Numbered from the stretch's first letter, positions 25,341 to 34,482 are shown. The stretch: DNA of 34,879 nt from an uncultured Syntrophomonadaceae bacterium (GCA_964562355.1 CAZLTH010000002.1:1-34879), one strand, 5' to 3'. A program made the numbers and translations. The notes: generated by a model not told the origin, from the letters alone.

Positions 25341-26801
25341 CTATTTACCAAGGGAAAAAAGTTTATGTTGGTAATCTGACAAAAATAAAACAACAATTGT
25401 ATAAATCTCAAGTCTTCCTAATAACATCAGAAAAGACAAAACAACCTTACCTACACAGGGTATAGTATAATAGGTATTTAAAGGACCTACCAAGCCAAGA
25501 CCTGGACCGACATTTCCTAAGGTAGCAGCAACAGCAGAAAAAGCACACACGATCTCAATACCAAAGCTAGATATAAGTAGAGAAGCAAATATAAATATAA
25601 AGAAATATAAAAAGATAAAGCCCAGTGTGTTAGAGACTAACTGCTCGGGTATAACTTTTTTACCTATTTTAATTGGCAAAACCAAGTTAGGATGAATCAC
25701 TCGCATGGTTTCGCGGTAAATATATTTAAAAAGAATCATTAATCTTATTTGCTTGATAGCTCCTGCTGTGGAGCCGCCGCTTCCGCCGGCGAACATTAAG
25801 AAAAAAATCAACGCTCTAGAAAAAGGATGCCAAGCGTCAAAGTTAGCAGTTGTAAATCCGGTAGTAGTGATAATGGAGACAGCTTGAAAAACTCCTTGAC
25901 GTATCGAAGGTATAATTTCATGAACGTTAAAGAAATAGATATTAATACTAATCAACAGAGACATCGCTGCGGTAAAAAGAAGATAAAATTTAAATTCAGG
26001 GTTTCTAAAAACTGCTCTAACATTTCCCTTGAGAGCAGTGAAGTATAAAGAAAAGTTTCCACCAGCAATCAACATAAAAATAATGATAATAAATTCAGCT
26101 CTAAAATTATACAGTCCTGCCACACTAGCGTTTTTTGTCGAAAACCCTCCGGTAGCCATGGTTCCGAATGTATGTGTGAGAGAGTCAAAAAAAGATAACC
26201 CTGCTAGCAATAACAGAACAACCTGTACAAAAGAAATAAAAACATAAACGAACCATAATATTTTCGCAGTTTCAGCTATACGGGGAGTGATTCTTTCCGG
26301 AGTTAATCCCGGAACTTCTGCTTTTAAAAGATGTGTTCCTCCAAAGCCAAAACGTGGCAAAATAGCGACAAAAAGGACAATTATGCCCATGCCTCCTAAC
26401 CAGTGGGTTAAGCTACGCCAAAAAAGTATCCCTCTGGGAACAACTTCAATATCAGTTATAACTGTAGCACCGGTTGTCGTAAATCCTGACATAGCCTCAA
26501 AAAAAGCATCGACAAAAGAGGGTAGAACATTACCAAAAATAAAGGGCAGTGCTCCAAAGGCAGCTGCCAATATCCACCCTAAGGTGACAAAAGCAAAACT
26601 CTCTTTCAGTGTGATATCTTTAGCAGACTTACCGATGATTAGTAGTATAATTCCTGCCAGCAATGTAGCTATAAAAGAATAAATAATAGCTATCAAATCA
26701 CCATCAGTATAATATATTGCCCAGAGAGCAGGAAAAATCATAGTTACGGAGAGTACTAGAAGCATAGTACCTAATAAATTAGAAACAATTCTTAAACGCA
26801 T
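25341..26801 (-). CDS. trkH: Trk-type potassium uptake membrane subunit TrkH
   Basis: 486 aa, polytopic, with repeated selectivity-filter-like segments (TTTGAT, MATGGFS, TTTGFT, GGSGGSTAG). Confidence 0.88.
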   Translation of the reverse strand: MRLRIVSNLLGTMLLVLSVTMIFPALWAIYYTDGDLIAIIYSFIATLLAGIILLIIGKSAKDITLKESFAFVTLGWILAAAFGALPFIFGNVLPSFVDAFFEAMSGFTTTGATVITDIEVVPRGILFWRSLTHWLGGMGIIVLFVAILPRFGFGGTHLLKAEVPGLTPERITPRIAETAKILWFVYVFISFVQVVLLLLAGLSFFDSLTHTFGTMATGGFSTKNASVAGLYNFRAEFIIIIFMLIAGGNFSLYFTALKGNVRAVFRNPEFKFYLLFTAAMSLLISINIYFFNVHEIIPSIRQGVFQAVSIITTTGFTTANFDAWHPFSRALIFFLMFAGGSGGSTAGAIKQIRLMILFKYIYRETMRVIHPNLVLPIKIGKKVIPEQLVSNTLGFIFLYFFIFIFASLLISSFGIEIVCAFSAVAATLGNVGPGLGLVGPLNTYYTIPCVGKVVLSFLMLLGRLEIYTIVVLFLSDYQHKLFSLGK

Positions 26802-26860
26802 TCTTTTCCTCCTGCTGTTAATTTAGTGAAAATATCATTGCTAATTACTGTAAGTACTCT

Positions 26861-28219
26861 TTACCTAGGTTTTGTAGATGCAGAAAATAACTTTTCTATG
26901 CTGGACAGGAGAGGATGCAATGTAAAAATGACTATACTATCATCGGGCAGGAGACGATCGTTCCCTCCAGGTACAAAAACATTACCCTGGCGTGATATAG
27001 CCCCAACTAAAACTCCCTTGGGCAGACCAGCAGATCGCAGTTCTTTACCGCAAACAGAAGCATTCTTCGGCAATATAATCTCTACAATTTCAGCTTTTTC
27101 TTCCTTGAGAATAGTTAAATTAATAATATCTCCTTTTAGAATCAAACGCATTATCCTAGAGGCAGTCAAAAGCCTTGGACTAACTACCTTATCGATATTA
27201 AGATTGCTCAAAATAATATTATAATCCGGACGAATAACTTCAGATACAGTTCTTTTAGCCCCTAATTGTTTGGCTAATAAAGTAGAAAAAAGATTTATTT
27301 CATCATCACCAGTAACAGCAATGAAGATATCAGCTTTCTCAATTTCTTCCGACTTCAAGAAAATATTATCGGTAACGTCACCGTTTAGAATTATGGTTTG
27401 AGAAAGTTTCTCAGCAATTTTTCGGCAACGTTCCATATCCTTATCAATTATCTTTATCCTAAATTTATTGTTAGGTGTTTTTTCCAGAAGCTCGGCCAGC
27501 CTAAACCCTACTCGTCCACCACCAGCAATAATAATATTATAGTTTTTCTTTTCTTCTCTTTTAAAAATGCTCTGAACAGTGTTCGTGTTTCGTTTGCTAA
27601 GAATATAAACTTCGTCTCCCGGCAACATGGTATCATTTCCACTAGGAACCAGTACTTCCCCATTATCTCTTACAATAGCACAAATAATAGAGTTTTCGGG
27701 TATAGGAATATCTTTTAAAGGCACATTGGTAACGAGATCATCTGCTTTAAGAGTTAAACCTACCATTTTAATACTTCCGTCAGCATAGTATTCTAATTCA
27801 TTGACTTCCGGGAAATCAATAGTTTTTTTAATTTCCTGCGCTGTAATATCTTCCGGATTAATAATATAATTAATGCCTAGTTGTTCATTTGTCAAGATAT
27901 TTTCTCCTTGGGCATACTCAGGATTTCTTATTCTTGCTACCGTTTTTATCACACCATAACTTTTTGCCAACATGCAAGATATTATGTTAACTTCATCGAT
28001 TTCTGTGACTGCGACTAAAAGCTCTGTTTTTTTAATACCAGCTTTCTCTAAAATAGAACAGCTAGCTCCATTACCTTCTACAACCAAAACATCTAGTTGA
28101 TTTTCAATCTGGCTGCTAATTTTATTATTGTGTTCAATGATTACAACATCATGATCTTTGGAAAGGCGAGCTGAAATCTCTGTCCCTACCTGTCCGCCTC
28201 CAACTATAATTATATGCAA
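26861..28219 (-). CDS. trkA: Trk system NAD-binding regulatory subunit TrkA (tandem RCK N/C domains)
   Basis: Two Rossmann motifs (IIVGGGQVG, IIAGGGRVG), each followed by a TrkA-C domain. TTG 28219 is the preferred start: it follows GAGGGGTGA and fits the promoter at 28259-28287. The track start is GTG 28246. Confidence 0.85.
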   Translation of the reverse strand: MHIIIVGGGQVGTEISARLSKDHDVVIIEHNNKISSQIENQLDVLVVEGNGASCSILEKAGIKKTELLVAVTEIDEVNIISCMLAKSYGVIKTVARIRNPEYAQGENILTNEQLGINYIINPEDITAQEIKKTIDFPEVNELEYYADGSIKMVGLTLKADDLVTNVPLKDIPIPENSIICAIVRDNGEVLVPSGNDTMLPGDEVYILSKRNTNTVQSIFKREEKKNYNIIIAGGGRVGFRLAELLEKTPNNKFRIKIIDKDMERCRKIAEKLSQTIILNGDVTDNIFLKSEEIEKADIFIAVTGDDEINLFSTLLAKQLGAKRTVSEVIRPDYNIILSNLNIDKVVSPRLLTASRIMRLILKGDIINLTILKEEKAEIVEIILPKNASVCGKELRSAGLPKGVLVGAISRQGNVFVPGGNDRLLPDDSIVIFTLHPLLSSIEKLFSASTKPR

Positions 28220-28258
28220 AAAATCACCCCTCTTAGATAAAGTCACTTTGTAGTATTC

Positions 28259-28287
28259 ATTATAGAAACCTGAATTCCTGCAATCAA
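28259..28287 (-). promoter_or_regulatory. Candidate sigma-A promoter TTGATT-N17-TATAAT for trkA-trkH-cca
   Basis: On the minus strand the -35 is at 28282-28287 and a consensus -10 at 28259-28264. Confidence 0.6.
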
Positions 28288-28466
28288 CTTCTTTTTTATT
28301 TATTTATACCACTGAAGCTGAGTACATTCGGACAACGGATAAACACGGATTAGTTTCTCCTACCCTTATTTTTTCTCGGTATAGACACTTTATAACTTTT
28401 CTGCTAAACTGAATATGACTTTTCTCCTAACTGTTAACTGCCAACTAACTATTGGAGGTTAGATTA

Positions 28467-29597
28467 ATGCTTGGACATCTTTTATTGCAAAGCGCAAAAC
28501 TCTTTACAACCAGACGCTGGAGCAATGCAGCTCGCTTTGAAGAGACAACGTTTGCTGACGGCTCCTGGTTTTCAACTCTTTTAGGTTATACCTTAGCACT
28601 TTTGGAGGAGAAGCTTTTTTGCAGCACTGTTGACAGAGGGTTATTGTTAAAGCGAGGTATTTTCCATAAAATACCTACCAGCATTGTGGGTAATATTTCC
28701 AGTTCTATTAAAGAAGACAGTGCTTTACGACAATCTCTGGATGAAATAATTTATCTGGCTGTAACAGGAGAACTGGCCCCTCTAGCTCCTGTAACTACTA
28801 GAACAGAATTTAGCAAATGCATTTTAGAAGCAAAAGATGATTCCTTGGAAGGAAATATTTTGATTGCTGCAGACTTAATAAATTCCTTAATGGAATGCCG
28901 CAGAGAAGTGTCGTTTGGTTTAGAGGATTTTAATGAACCTTTACTGTTTATAGAAAAAAAATTAACTAAATCCCCATTGAAATCTGTAGACTATATCCTA
29001 AATAACGAGAAAATGATGCAATTCTTGAAAATTGCAAGAAATATTATCTTTACTCAACGCTGGAATACAGAGGTAAGAAGGTTTCCTACCAGCGTAGCAG
29101 GTCATTCTTGGTACATTGCCTTAATCTGTTATTTTCTTGTAAGCTGGGAAAGTTATAAGTTTAATAATTATTTAAATATGGAAAAAGTGCTGGCCGGTGC
29201 TATATTTCATGATCTTCCAGAAGCTGTAACTGGAGATATAATCAATCCCACAAAGAACCGTAGTGAAAAAATGAAGCTGGCTTTAGAACAAGTAGAAAAA
29301 ACAAAAGTAAAAAAAGAATTAATCAGCCTCCTGCCACCGGAATTGCAAACAGAATACTCTGTACTGATATTACAGGCAAAAGATGATTCACGGGAGGGAA
29401 AACTGCTTCATGCCACAGATATGTTGGTTGCCCTGCTGGAGTGTGTTTTTGAAATCAAAAGAGGAAACCACCTGCATTTTAGAAAAAATTATTATAAAAT
29501 CAAGCGTATATTAAATAGCATGACTTCTGAGTTTGACAGTATTAATTATTTTTTAATCTGGTCCCTAGATGATTTTTGGGAAGAAACAAAAACCTAA
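28467..29597 (+). CDS. Tandem-duplicated YfbR-like HD-domain phosphohydrolase (N-module degenerate, C-module intact)
   Basis: Internal repeat. Module 1 has LFTTRRWSN...FADGSWF...IFHKIPTSIVGNI...AKDDSLEGNILIAADLINSLMEC. Module 2 has IFTQRWNT...VAGHSWY...IFHDLPEAVTGDI...AKDDSREGKLLHATDMLVALLEC. ATG 28467 is 8 nt after GGAGG. Confidence 0.8.
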   Translation: MLGHLLLQSAKLFTTRRWSNAARFEETTFADGSWFSTLLGYTLALLEEKLFCSTVDRGLLLKRGIFHKIPTSIVGNISSSIKEDSALRQSLDEIIYLAVTGELAPLAPVTTRTEFSKCILEAKDDSLEGNILIAADLINSLMECRREVSFGLEDFNEPLLFIEKKLTKSPLKSVDYILNNEKMMQFLKIARNIIFTQRWNTEVRRFPTSVAGHSWYIALICYFLVSWESYKFNNYLNMEKVLAGAIFHDLPEAVTGDIINPTKNRSEKMKLALEQVEKTKVKKELISLLPPELQTEYSVLILQAKDDSREGKLLHATDMLVALLECVFEIKRGNHLHFRKNYYKIKRILNSMTSEFDSINYFLIWSLDDFWEETKT

Positions 29598-29604
29598 AAA
29601 TTAA

Positions 29605-30228
29605 TTATATTTTCCTCCGACAAAGAGTATTTAAAAAACATTGGGTGCAGCGAGGTTTTCTGGCAACACAATAATTCCGGCCGTGATATATAAGCAAATG
29701 AGAAAAAAGTCCCCAAAGAGACCTAGGTATTTTTTTTTGTAAAATTTGCTCTGTTTCTGTTGGATTCTTTCCTTCCGCCAACCCTAAACGATGTGAAACC
29801 CTGAATACATGAGTATCAACCGCAATAGCAGGTAAATTAAAAGCACTGCTGAGTATAACGTTGGCTGTCTTCCTACCTATACCAGGCAAAGCAACCAACT
29901 CTTCCAATGTTTCAGGGACATTCCCTTTATATTTTGAAGTTATTATTTTACTGGTTGCAATTATATAACGAGCTTTATTTTTATATAATCCGCAAGACTT
30001 TAGCAGCAACTCCAATTCTTCTACAGTAAGACAAGCAAAAGCAAAAGCATCTTCAAACTTTTCAAATAGAGTGGCAGTTATTTTGTTTACCTGCATATCA
30101 GTGGTTTGAGCTGAAAGTATGGTAGCCACCAGCAACTGAAAGGGACTCGCAAAATCAAGCGTAGTTTTAGCTTCAGGATAATGTTCTTTTAATTTTAAAA
30201 TAATACTATCAATTTTTTTTTGCTGCAT
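29605..30228 (-). CDS. nth: Endonuclease III (DNA-(apurinic/apyrimidinic site) lyase / glycosylase)
   Basis: 207 aa with the HhH-GPD motif LPGIGRKTANVIL, VDTHVFRV and the C-terminal 4Fe-4S cluster C-x6-C-x2-C-x5-C (CVARKPRCTQCFLNTLC). Confidence 0.92.
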   Translation of the reverse strand: MQQKKIDSIILKLKEHYPEAKTTLDFASPFQLLVATILSAQTTDMQVNKITATLFEKFEDAFAFACLTVEELELLLKSCGLYKNKARYIIATSKIITSKYKGNVPETLEELVALPGIGRKTANVILSSAFNLPAIAVDTHVFRVSHRLGLAEGKNPTETEQILQKKIPRSLWGLFSHLLIYHGRNYCVARKPRCTQCFLNTLCRRKI

Positions 30229-30252
30229 AATTACTCTCTTCCTCTGAAAAAT

Positions 30253-30270
30253 CTATTTCCTAGGAAATAG
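30253..30270. promoter_or_regulatory. Perfect 18-bp palindrome CTATTTCCTAGGAAATAG, 25 nt upstream of the nth start
   Basis: Verified base by base as its own reverse complement. Confidence 0.8.
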
Positions 30271-30356
30271 TGCCAAATCGACAGATAAACTTCATTTATC
30301 TTACTTAATCTATAGCATGCTTGTTTTTTGTGTCCTTTCATGTACCTTCATGACAA

Positions 30357-30378
30357 GCAGAAATAATATTATTTCTGC
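30357..30378. promoter_or_regulatory. Perfect 22-bp palindrome GCAGAAATAATATTATTTCTGC upstream of a TATAAT box (30396-30401) and the Coat_F genes
   Basis: Verified base by base as its own reverse complement. Confidence 0.8.
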
Positions 30379-30462
30379 TCTGGGTTTTTATGTCTGTATA
30401 ATATTTATGTCAATGTGTATCCTATTAATGTTGCTAAAATCATTTTAAAGGAGGGTTGTACC

Positions 30463-30672
30463 TTGAGCTTAACTCAAATGGAGGCCCAACAAATACAGGA
30501 AGCAATAAAGTTTGAAGGACTTTGTTCTTCCAAATATGCTGCTTATGGAGAACAGCTACAAGACCAAGAGCTGAAGAATTTATTTAAGCAGCTGGAAAAT
30601 CGCGAGAATCAACACAAAAACACTTTGACTCAAATACTACAACAAAACGGTATTACACCGGAAAACAACTAG
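30463..30672 (+). CDS. Small Coat_F-domain spore coat protein
   Basis: Helical, Gln/Glu-rich: QQIQEAIKFEGLCSSKYAAYGEQLQDQELKNLFKQLENRENQHKNTL. TTG 30463 is 7 nt after AAAGGAGGG and is preferred over the track start at 30415. Confidence 0.65.
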   Translation: MSLTQMEAQQIQEAIKFEGLCSSKYAAYGEQLQDQELKNLFKQLENRENQHKNTLTQILQQNGITPENN

Positions 30673-30684
30673 GAGGGTTATTAT

Positions 30685-30906
30685 ATGTCAGGACAGCTTG
30701 TCGATAAAGACATTTTACAGGATATGCTGGTAACAGAAAAGTTTGTATCTAATGCCTACGAAATGGGTGTCATGGAGGCTGCTAACCCCTCAGTAAGACA
30801 ATCACTACAGCAAATTCAAACTGAAGAACAAGAACATGCTAAAATGATTTTTGATGCGATGCATAAACGAGGCTGGTATCAAGTACAACCAGCACAAAAT
30901 TCTTAA
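30685..30906 (+). CDS. Small Coat_F-domain spore coat protein
   Basis: DKDILQDMLVTEKFVSNAYEMGVMEAANPSVRQSLQQIQTEEQEHAKMIFDAMHKRGWY matches the CotF-family pattern. An AGGAGGG RBS is present. Confidence 0.75.
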   Translation: MSGQLVDKDILQDMLVTEKFVSNAYEMGVMEAANPSVRQSLQQIQTEEQEHAKMIFDAMHKRGWYQVQPAQNS

Positions 30907-30935
30907 AAAAACCTCCTCCGCAAGGAGGTTTTTTA
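30905..30935. terminator. Bidirectional rho-independent terminator
   Basis: A6-ACCTCCT (30911-30917), loop CCGCA, AGGAGGT (30923-29)-T6. It lies between the Coat_F stop (30904-06) and the convergent gene stop (30938-40). Confidence 0.85.
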
Positions 30936-30937
30936 AA

Positions 30938-31540
30938 TTATTCTTTTGATTGTACCTGCTTTTGATTGTATCTGATCTGATTTCTATTCTTTTTCCAGTT
31001 TAATATTCCTCCTAATATTAAACCTGCTATCATGCCTATTATTAAAGTCAGAACAAGTTTTAAGTACAAACCGCTTTCTCCTATATAGACAGCAATTTTT
31101 TTCTCCAGCTCATGTACTTTTTCACCTGCAGCGATAGCCGCAGCTTCCTTTTCGCTTAATCTACTTTCCAACTTCTCAACTTTTGTTCGCTGTTCCTCCT
31201 TTAGAATATTTTGTTTTTCCTGCTCTCTTGCCAACTCTTCTCGATGTTTTGCAACTAAGTTCTCCGTATGTATTCCATGTGCCTGTATCTGTGTCATCAG
31301 GTATCCGATCTGGTTATTAATCATCAAAAGCGCCATCTGATTTTCATTTAGTTTTACTACATCAATATTGCGAAAAGTATCTTGAAATAAAAGGGTATTC
31401 TCTCCTATGCTGCTTTCTCTTTCTTGCTCTATGTCATTGTTTTGTTCTAGCAGTTCGGTATTTTCTTCATTTTCCTGCAGGAAAGCAACGGTTGGAAATA
31501 TCATTAAAAAAATCAGGCTGAATAAAATTATTTTTTTCAT
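30938..31540 (-). CDS. Secreted/membrane-anchored coiled-coil protein of unknown function
   Basis: N-terminal signal-like segment KKIILFSLIFLMIFPTVAF. Central charged heptad-like region AKHREELAREQEKQNILKEEQRTKVEKLESRLSEKE. C-terminal TM LKLVLTLIIGMIAGLILGGIL. ATG 31540 is preferred over GTG 31552. Confidence 0.6.
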   Translation of the reverse strand: MKKIILFSLIFLMIFPTVAFLQENEENTELLEQNNDIEQERESSIGENTLLFQDTFRNIDVVKLNENQMALLMINNQIGYLMTQIQAHGIHTENLVAKHREELAREQEKQNILKEEQRTKVEKLESRLSEKEAAAIAAGEKVHELEKKIAVYIGESGLYLKLVLTLIIGMIAGLILGGILNWKKNRNQIRYNQKQVQSKE

Positions 31541-31595
31541 CTTGAACTTCACCTCCTCCTACCTTTATTTCGTAGCAAGGATGGCAAAATCCTTC

Positions 31596-32978
31596 TCAAA
31601 ATTTTGTAAAAAGTATCCTAGAAAGAGAAAACCCACTCTGAAACTGAAAAACTTTTATAGTGTCGGCTGCGGTTAATTTCCATTGATTCTCTTCATCCCT
31701 GTTTAAGTGTAATAAAACTAGGCTAAAAGGAATTTCCCTAGCAACGTTCAACCCCCTTATACCGGCAGCTCCCGTACTACCAGCGTTTATAATTACACTT
31801 TTTGCAGTTTCTTCGATATGTAAAGAGTGTGTATGTCCAGTTAAGATAATCGGTATGTCATCAACAAAAGCTTCAGCTATCCGTGGATGATGAATAGCTA
31901 TAATATGCGGAGTTATGTTTTCTTTAAATAAAAAAGATTTCAATTCAACTGCAAAACTGTCCAATATCTCATTAGAAGGGATGATCATAGCAGAAGAAAA
32001 GGAAGAAGGATCTTGAATGCCTGCCACTAGGATTCCCTCTACTTCTGCTACACCTTTTTCCACCACCTTAACTCCAGAAAGTTCAGCTAAAACAGCTATA
32101 GTATTAGGTGAATCATGATTGCCCGGAACAAAAATATAGGGTATACCTAATTCGCCCACTCTGCTTGCTAGCTCAGCCTCTAAAGGTGTTCCAAAATCAG
32201 TTATATCGCCCGTATCAATAACAAAATCTACGTTAAAATTAGCTATAACTTGCTCAATAAAATCAAAAGCAGCAGGATTATTATGTATATCAGAGACATG
32301 TAGAATCTTTTTTTCTCCATCTACCAATCCAAGTGGCTCCAGAAATTGTAATCGCTCAAAAAGCAAGTAAAGATTGCTAGTGATAATTTCTAATTGTTCC
32401 CCCAGCGTAGCAACCTTGATCAATGTTTCCTCTATTAATCCAAAAACCCAAGGAGCCGCAGTTAAAGCCCCTTCAAATTCAGGGCTAATAAATGCTTGGG
32501 GATCGTAAGAAATATATATAGAAAAAAAAAGTAAAGCCAAAATTAAAAGTCCGGTAACACCTCCCAGTAAAACTTTTTTAACATTCTTAGAGAATATAAA
32601 ATAAATAGCAGCAGCTCCACCTATAAATCCTAGTAATAGCAACCTAAGTGCAAAGTCTACTATTGCTTTTCTTGTCTCTGTTAGCAGTTCTGCCATATAT
32701 TGTTTTTCCGGTAACTCTGAAATAGTTTCTCTTAGCAAGTCTAAATTAATATTTTTTAACAGAGCAGTTATTCTTAAGGGTGCGTTATGAGTTGTCGCCC
32801 ATACTCTCCCAAATGGAGGAAACTCTAGCTCTGTTATACCATAGCTAAAAAAAGATAAACTTATTTCCAAATCAAAAGGACCGATTATTACATTCATTTG
32901 CCCCAGCAAGCTTATCACTAATACCATACCTAAAACTGAAACCAATAAAATTTTTATATACTCAAGCAGTTTTTTCAT
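31596..32978 (-). CDS. Polytopic membrane-anchored calcineurin-like metallophosphoesterase
   Basis: About 200 aa of N-terminal TM segments, then the motifs HVSDIHN, DTGDITD, VPGNHDS and LTGHTHS. Confidence 0.8.
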   Translation of the reverse strand: MKKLLEYIKILLVSVLGMVLVISLLGQMNVIIGPFDLEISLSFFSYGITELEFPPFGRVWATTHNAPLRITALLKNINLDLLRETISELPEKQYMAELLTETRKAIVDFALRLLLLGFIGGAAAIYFIFSKNVKKVLLGGVTGLLILALLFFSIYISYDPQAFISPEFEGALTAAPWVFGLIEETLIKVATLGEQLEIITSNLYLLFERLQFLEPLGLVDGEKKILHVSDIHNNPAAFDFIEQVIANFNVDFVIDTGDITDFGTPLEAELASRVGELGIPYIFVPGNHDSPNTIAVLAELSGVKVVEKGVAEVEGILVAGIQDPSSFSSAMIIPSNEILDSFAVELKSFLFKENITPHIIAIHHPRIAEAFVDDIPIILTGHTHSLHIEETAKSVIINAGSTGAAGIRGLNVAREIPFSLVLLHLNRDEENQWKLTAADTIKVFQFQSGFSLSRILFTKF

Positions 32979-32993
32979 ATTTTCCCTTATAAC

Positions 32994-34478
32994 TTAGTTA
33001 TGATTTTGAAAAAGTAATTTAGAACGCAAGTAATCTCCGGAAATTTTTTCATTTTCTAATAAGTATCCAGCAATTTTTTTTAAAACAACAAGCTGTTCTG
33101 TTAATAATATCTCCACTTTTTTTTCTTCTGTAGATAAAATTTTTCGGATTGCATCATAAAGAATTTTTTGAGGCACCATACTAATATTTACTATCCCCAA
33201 AGGAGACATGCCAGAACTGATAATCTTTTTAGCCAATCTGAAAGCTTCTTGAAAATCATTTTCAGATCCTGTAGAAAGATTTTCCAGTACTATCTCTTCC
33301 GCTTTTGCTCCTCCTAAAAAAACCCCTATTTGCCCTTCCAGATATTCTTTAGTATATAAATAATTATCTTTATCAGGTATCTGTCTCACGTAACCAAGAG
33401 CTTTTCCCCGGGAAGTAGTTGTAATTGATGATACAGAGCCATTTCTTATTTTTTCACTAATAAGAGCGTGTCCTGTTTCATGCACAGCGATACGCCATAA
33501 TTGTTCAGCATCAGGTCTTTTTTCCAATCTCTCTCCCATAATAACCTTTTCTATAGCTTCACTAAAGTGTAGAGCATTAATAGATTTAGACTTTTCTCTC
33601 ATAGCCAGAATGGCAGCTTCGTTGACCAGACTTTCTAAATGCGCTCCGGAAAAACCGAAAGTTTCTTTGGCCAAACTTTCTAAATTTACATCTTTAGCCA
33701 ACGGTTTATTTTTACTATATAAAAATAATATTTCTAATCTCCCCTTCATGTCAGGCAGATCAACATTTACAGTTCTGTCAAATCTACCTGGTCTGAGCAA
33801 AGCAGTGTCTAAAATATCTATTCTATTAGTAGCAGCCAGCAATAAGATTTTTATACCACCCTCTTTATTATTAATGCCATCCATTTCTACCAGCAATTGG
33901 TTTAATGTCTGATCATATTCCAAGTGGCTTGAATGACTACCTCTTTTCCCACCCAAAATATCAATTTCATCAATAAAAATAATTGCACTACTCTTATTTT
34001 GTTTTTTGGCTTCTCTATCAGCCTGCTGAAAAATTTTACGTACTCTTTGTGCACCAACGCCGGCATACATTTCAATGAATTCGCTTCCAGAAGTTGCCAA
34101 AAAAACAGCGTCAGTATAATTTGCAGCAGCTTTGGCTAAGAGAGTTTTACCTGTTCCCGAAGGACCTACCAACAAAACTCCTTTTAGTGGGCGTATACCC
34201 ATTTTATTTATTGCCGTTTGATTCCTTATAAAATCCAATGATTCCATTAATTCCCGCTTAGCCGTTTTTTGTCCACCAATGTTTTCAAAGCTTATTATAT
34301 CTTTATTTGAATTCTTTATGAGAGAAATAAAATTTCTAGATAGATTTTTTGTTCCTAACAAATAATACAGCCCTAAAAGCAAGCATCCAAAAAATAAGAA
34401 AGGGATTATGTTGACACCTTCCAAAAACAAGATAATAATCAAGGCGGTAGTAATACCGACAATTATTTCTTTGATCAT
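32994..34478 (-). CDS. Minimal FtsH-family AAA+/M41 zinc metalloprotease paralogue (TM hairpin, no extracytoplasmic domain)
   Basis: Walker A GPSGTGKT, Walker B IIFIDEID, SRH ATNRIDILDTALLRPGRFDR, HETGH at 33468-33482. ATG 34478 follows GGGGAGGGA. The track ORF extends to 34538 and overlaps the upstream gene. Confidence 0.85.
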   Translation of the reverse strand: MIKEIIVGITTALIIILFLEGVNIIPFLFFGCLLLGLYYLLGTKNLSRNFISLIKNSNKDIISFENIGGQKTAKRELMESLDFIRNQTAINKMGIRPLKGVLLVGPSGTGKTLLAKAAANYTDAVFLATSGSEFIEMYAGVGAQRVRKIFQQADREAKKQNKSSAIIFIDEIDILGGKRGSHSSHLEYDQTLNQLLVEMDGINNKEGGIKILLLAATNRIDILDTALLRPGRFDRTVNVDLPDMKGRLEILFLYSKNKPLAKDVNLESLAKETFGFSGAHLESLVNEAAILAMREKSKSINALHFSEAIEKVIMGERLEKRPDAEQLWRIAVHETGHALISEKIRNGSVSSITTTSRGKALGYVRQIPDKDNYLYTKEYLEGQIGVFLGGAKAEEIVLENLSTGSENDFQEAFRLAKKIISSGMSPLGIVNISMVPQKILYDAIRKILSTEEKKVEILLTEQLVVLKKIAGYLLENEKISGDYLRSKLLFQNHN

Positions 34479-34482
34479 ATTT

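Noticed and set aside
28414-28461. 15-codon upstream ORF (MTFLLTVNCQLTIGG) whose stop overlaps the RBS of the tandem-HD gene
   Set aside because: There is no Shine-Dalgarno sequence in front of its ATG and nothing attenuator-like downstream. Probably fortuitous.
28220-28466. Possible c-di-AMP (ydaO-type) riboswitch upstream of trkA, or a cobalamin riboswitch anywhere near the B12-dependent genes
   Set aside because: The candidate trkA promoter leaves only about a 30-nt leader. I could not see the conserved ydaO or B12-box (for example GCCACTG) elements. cmscan would be the decisive test.
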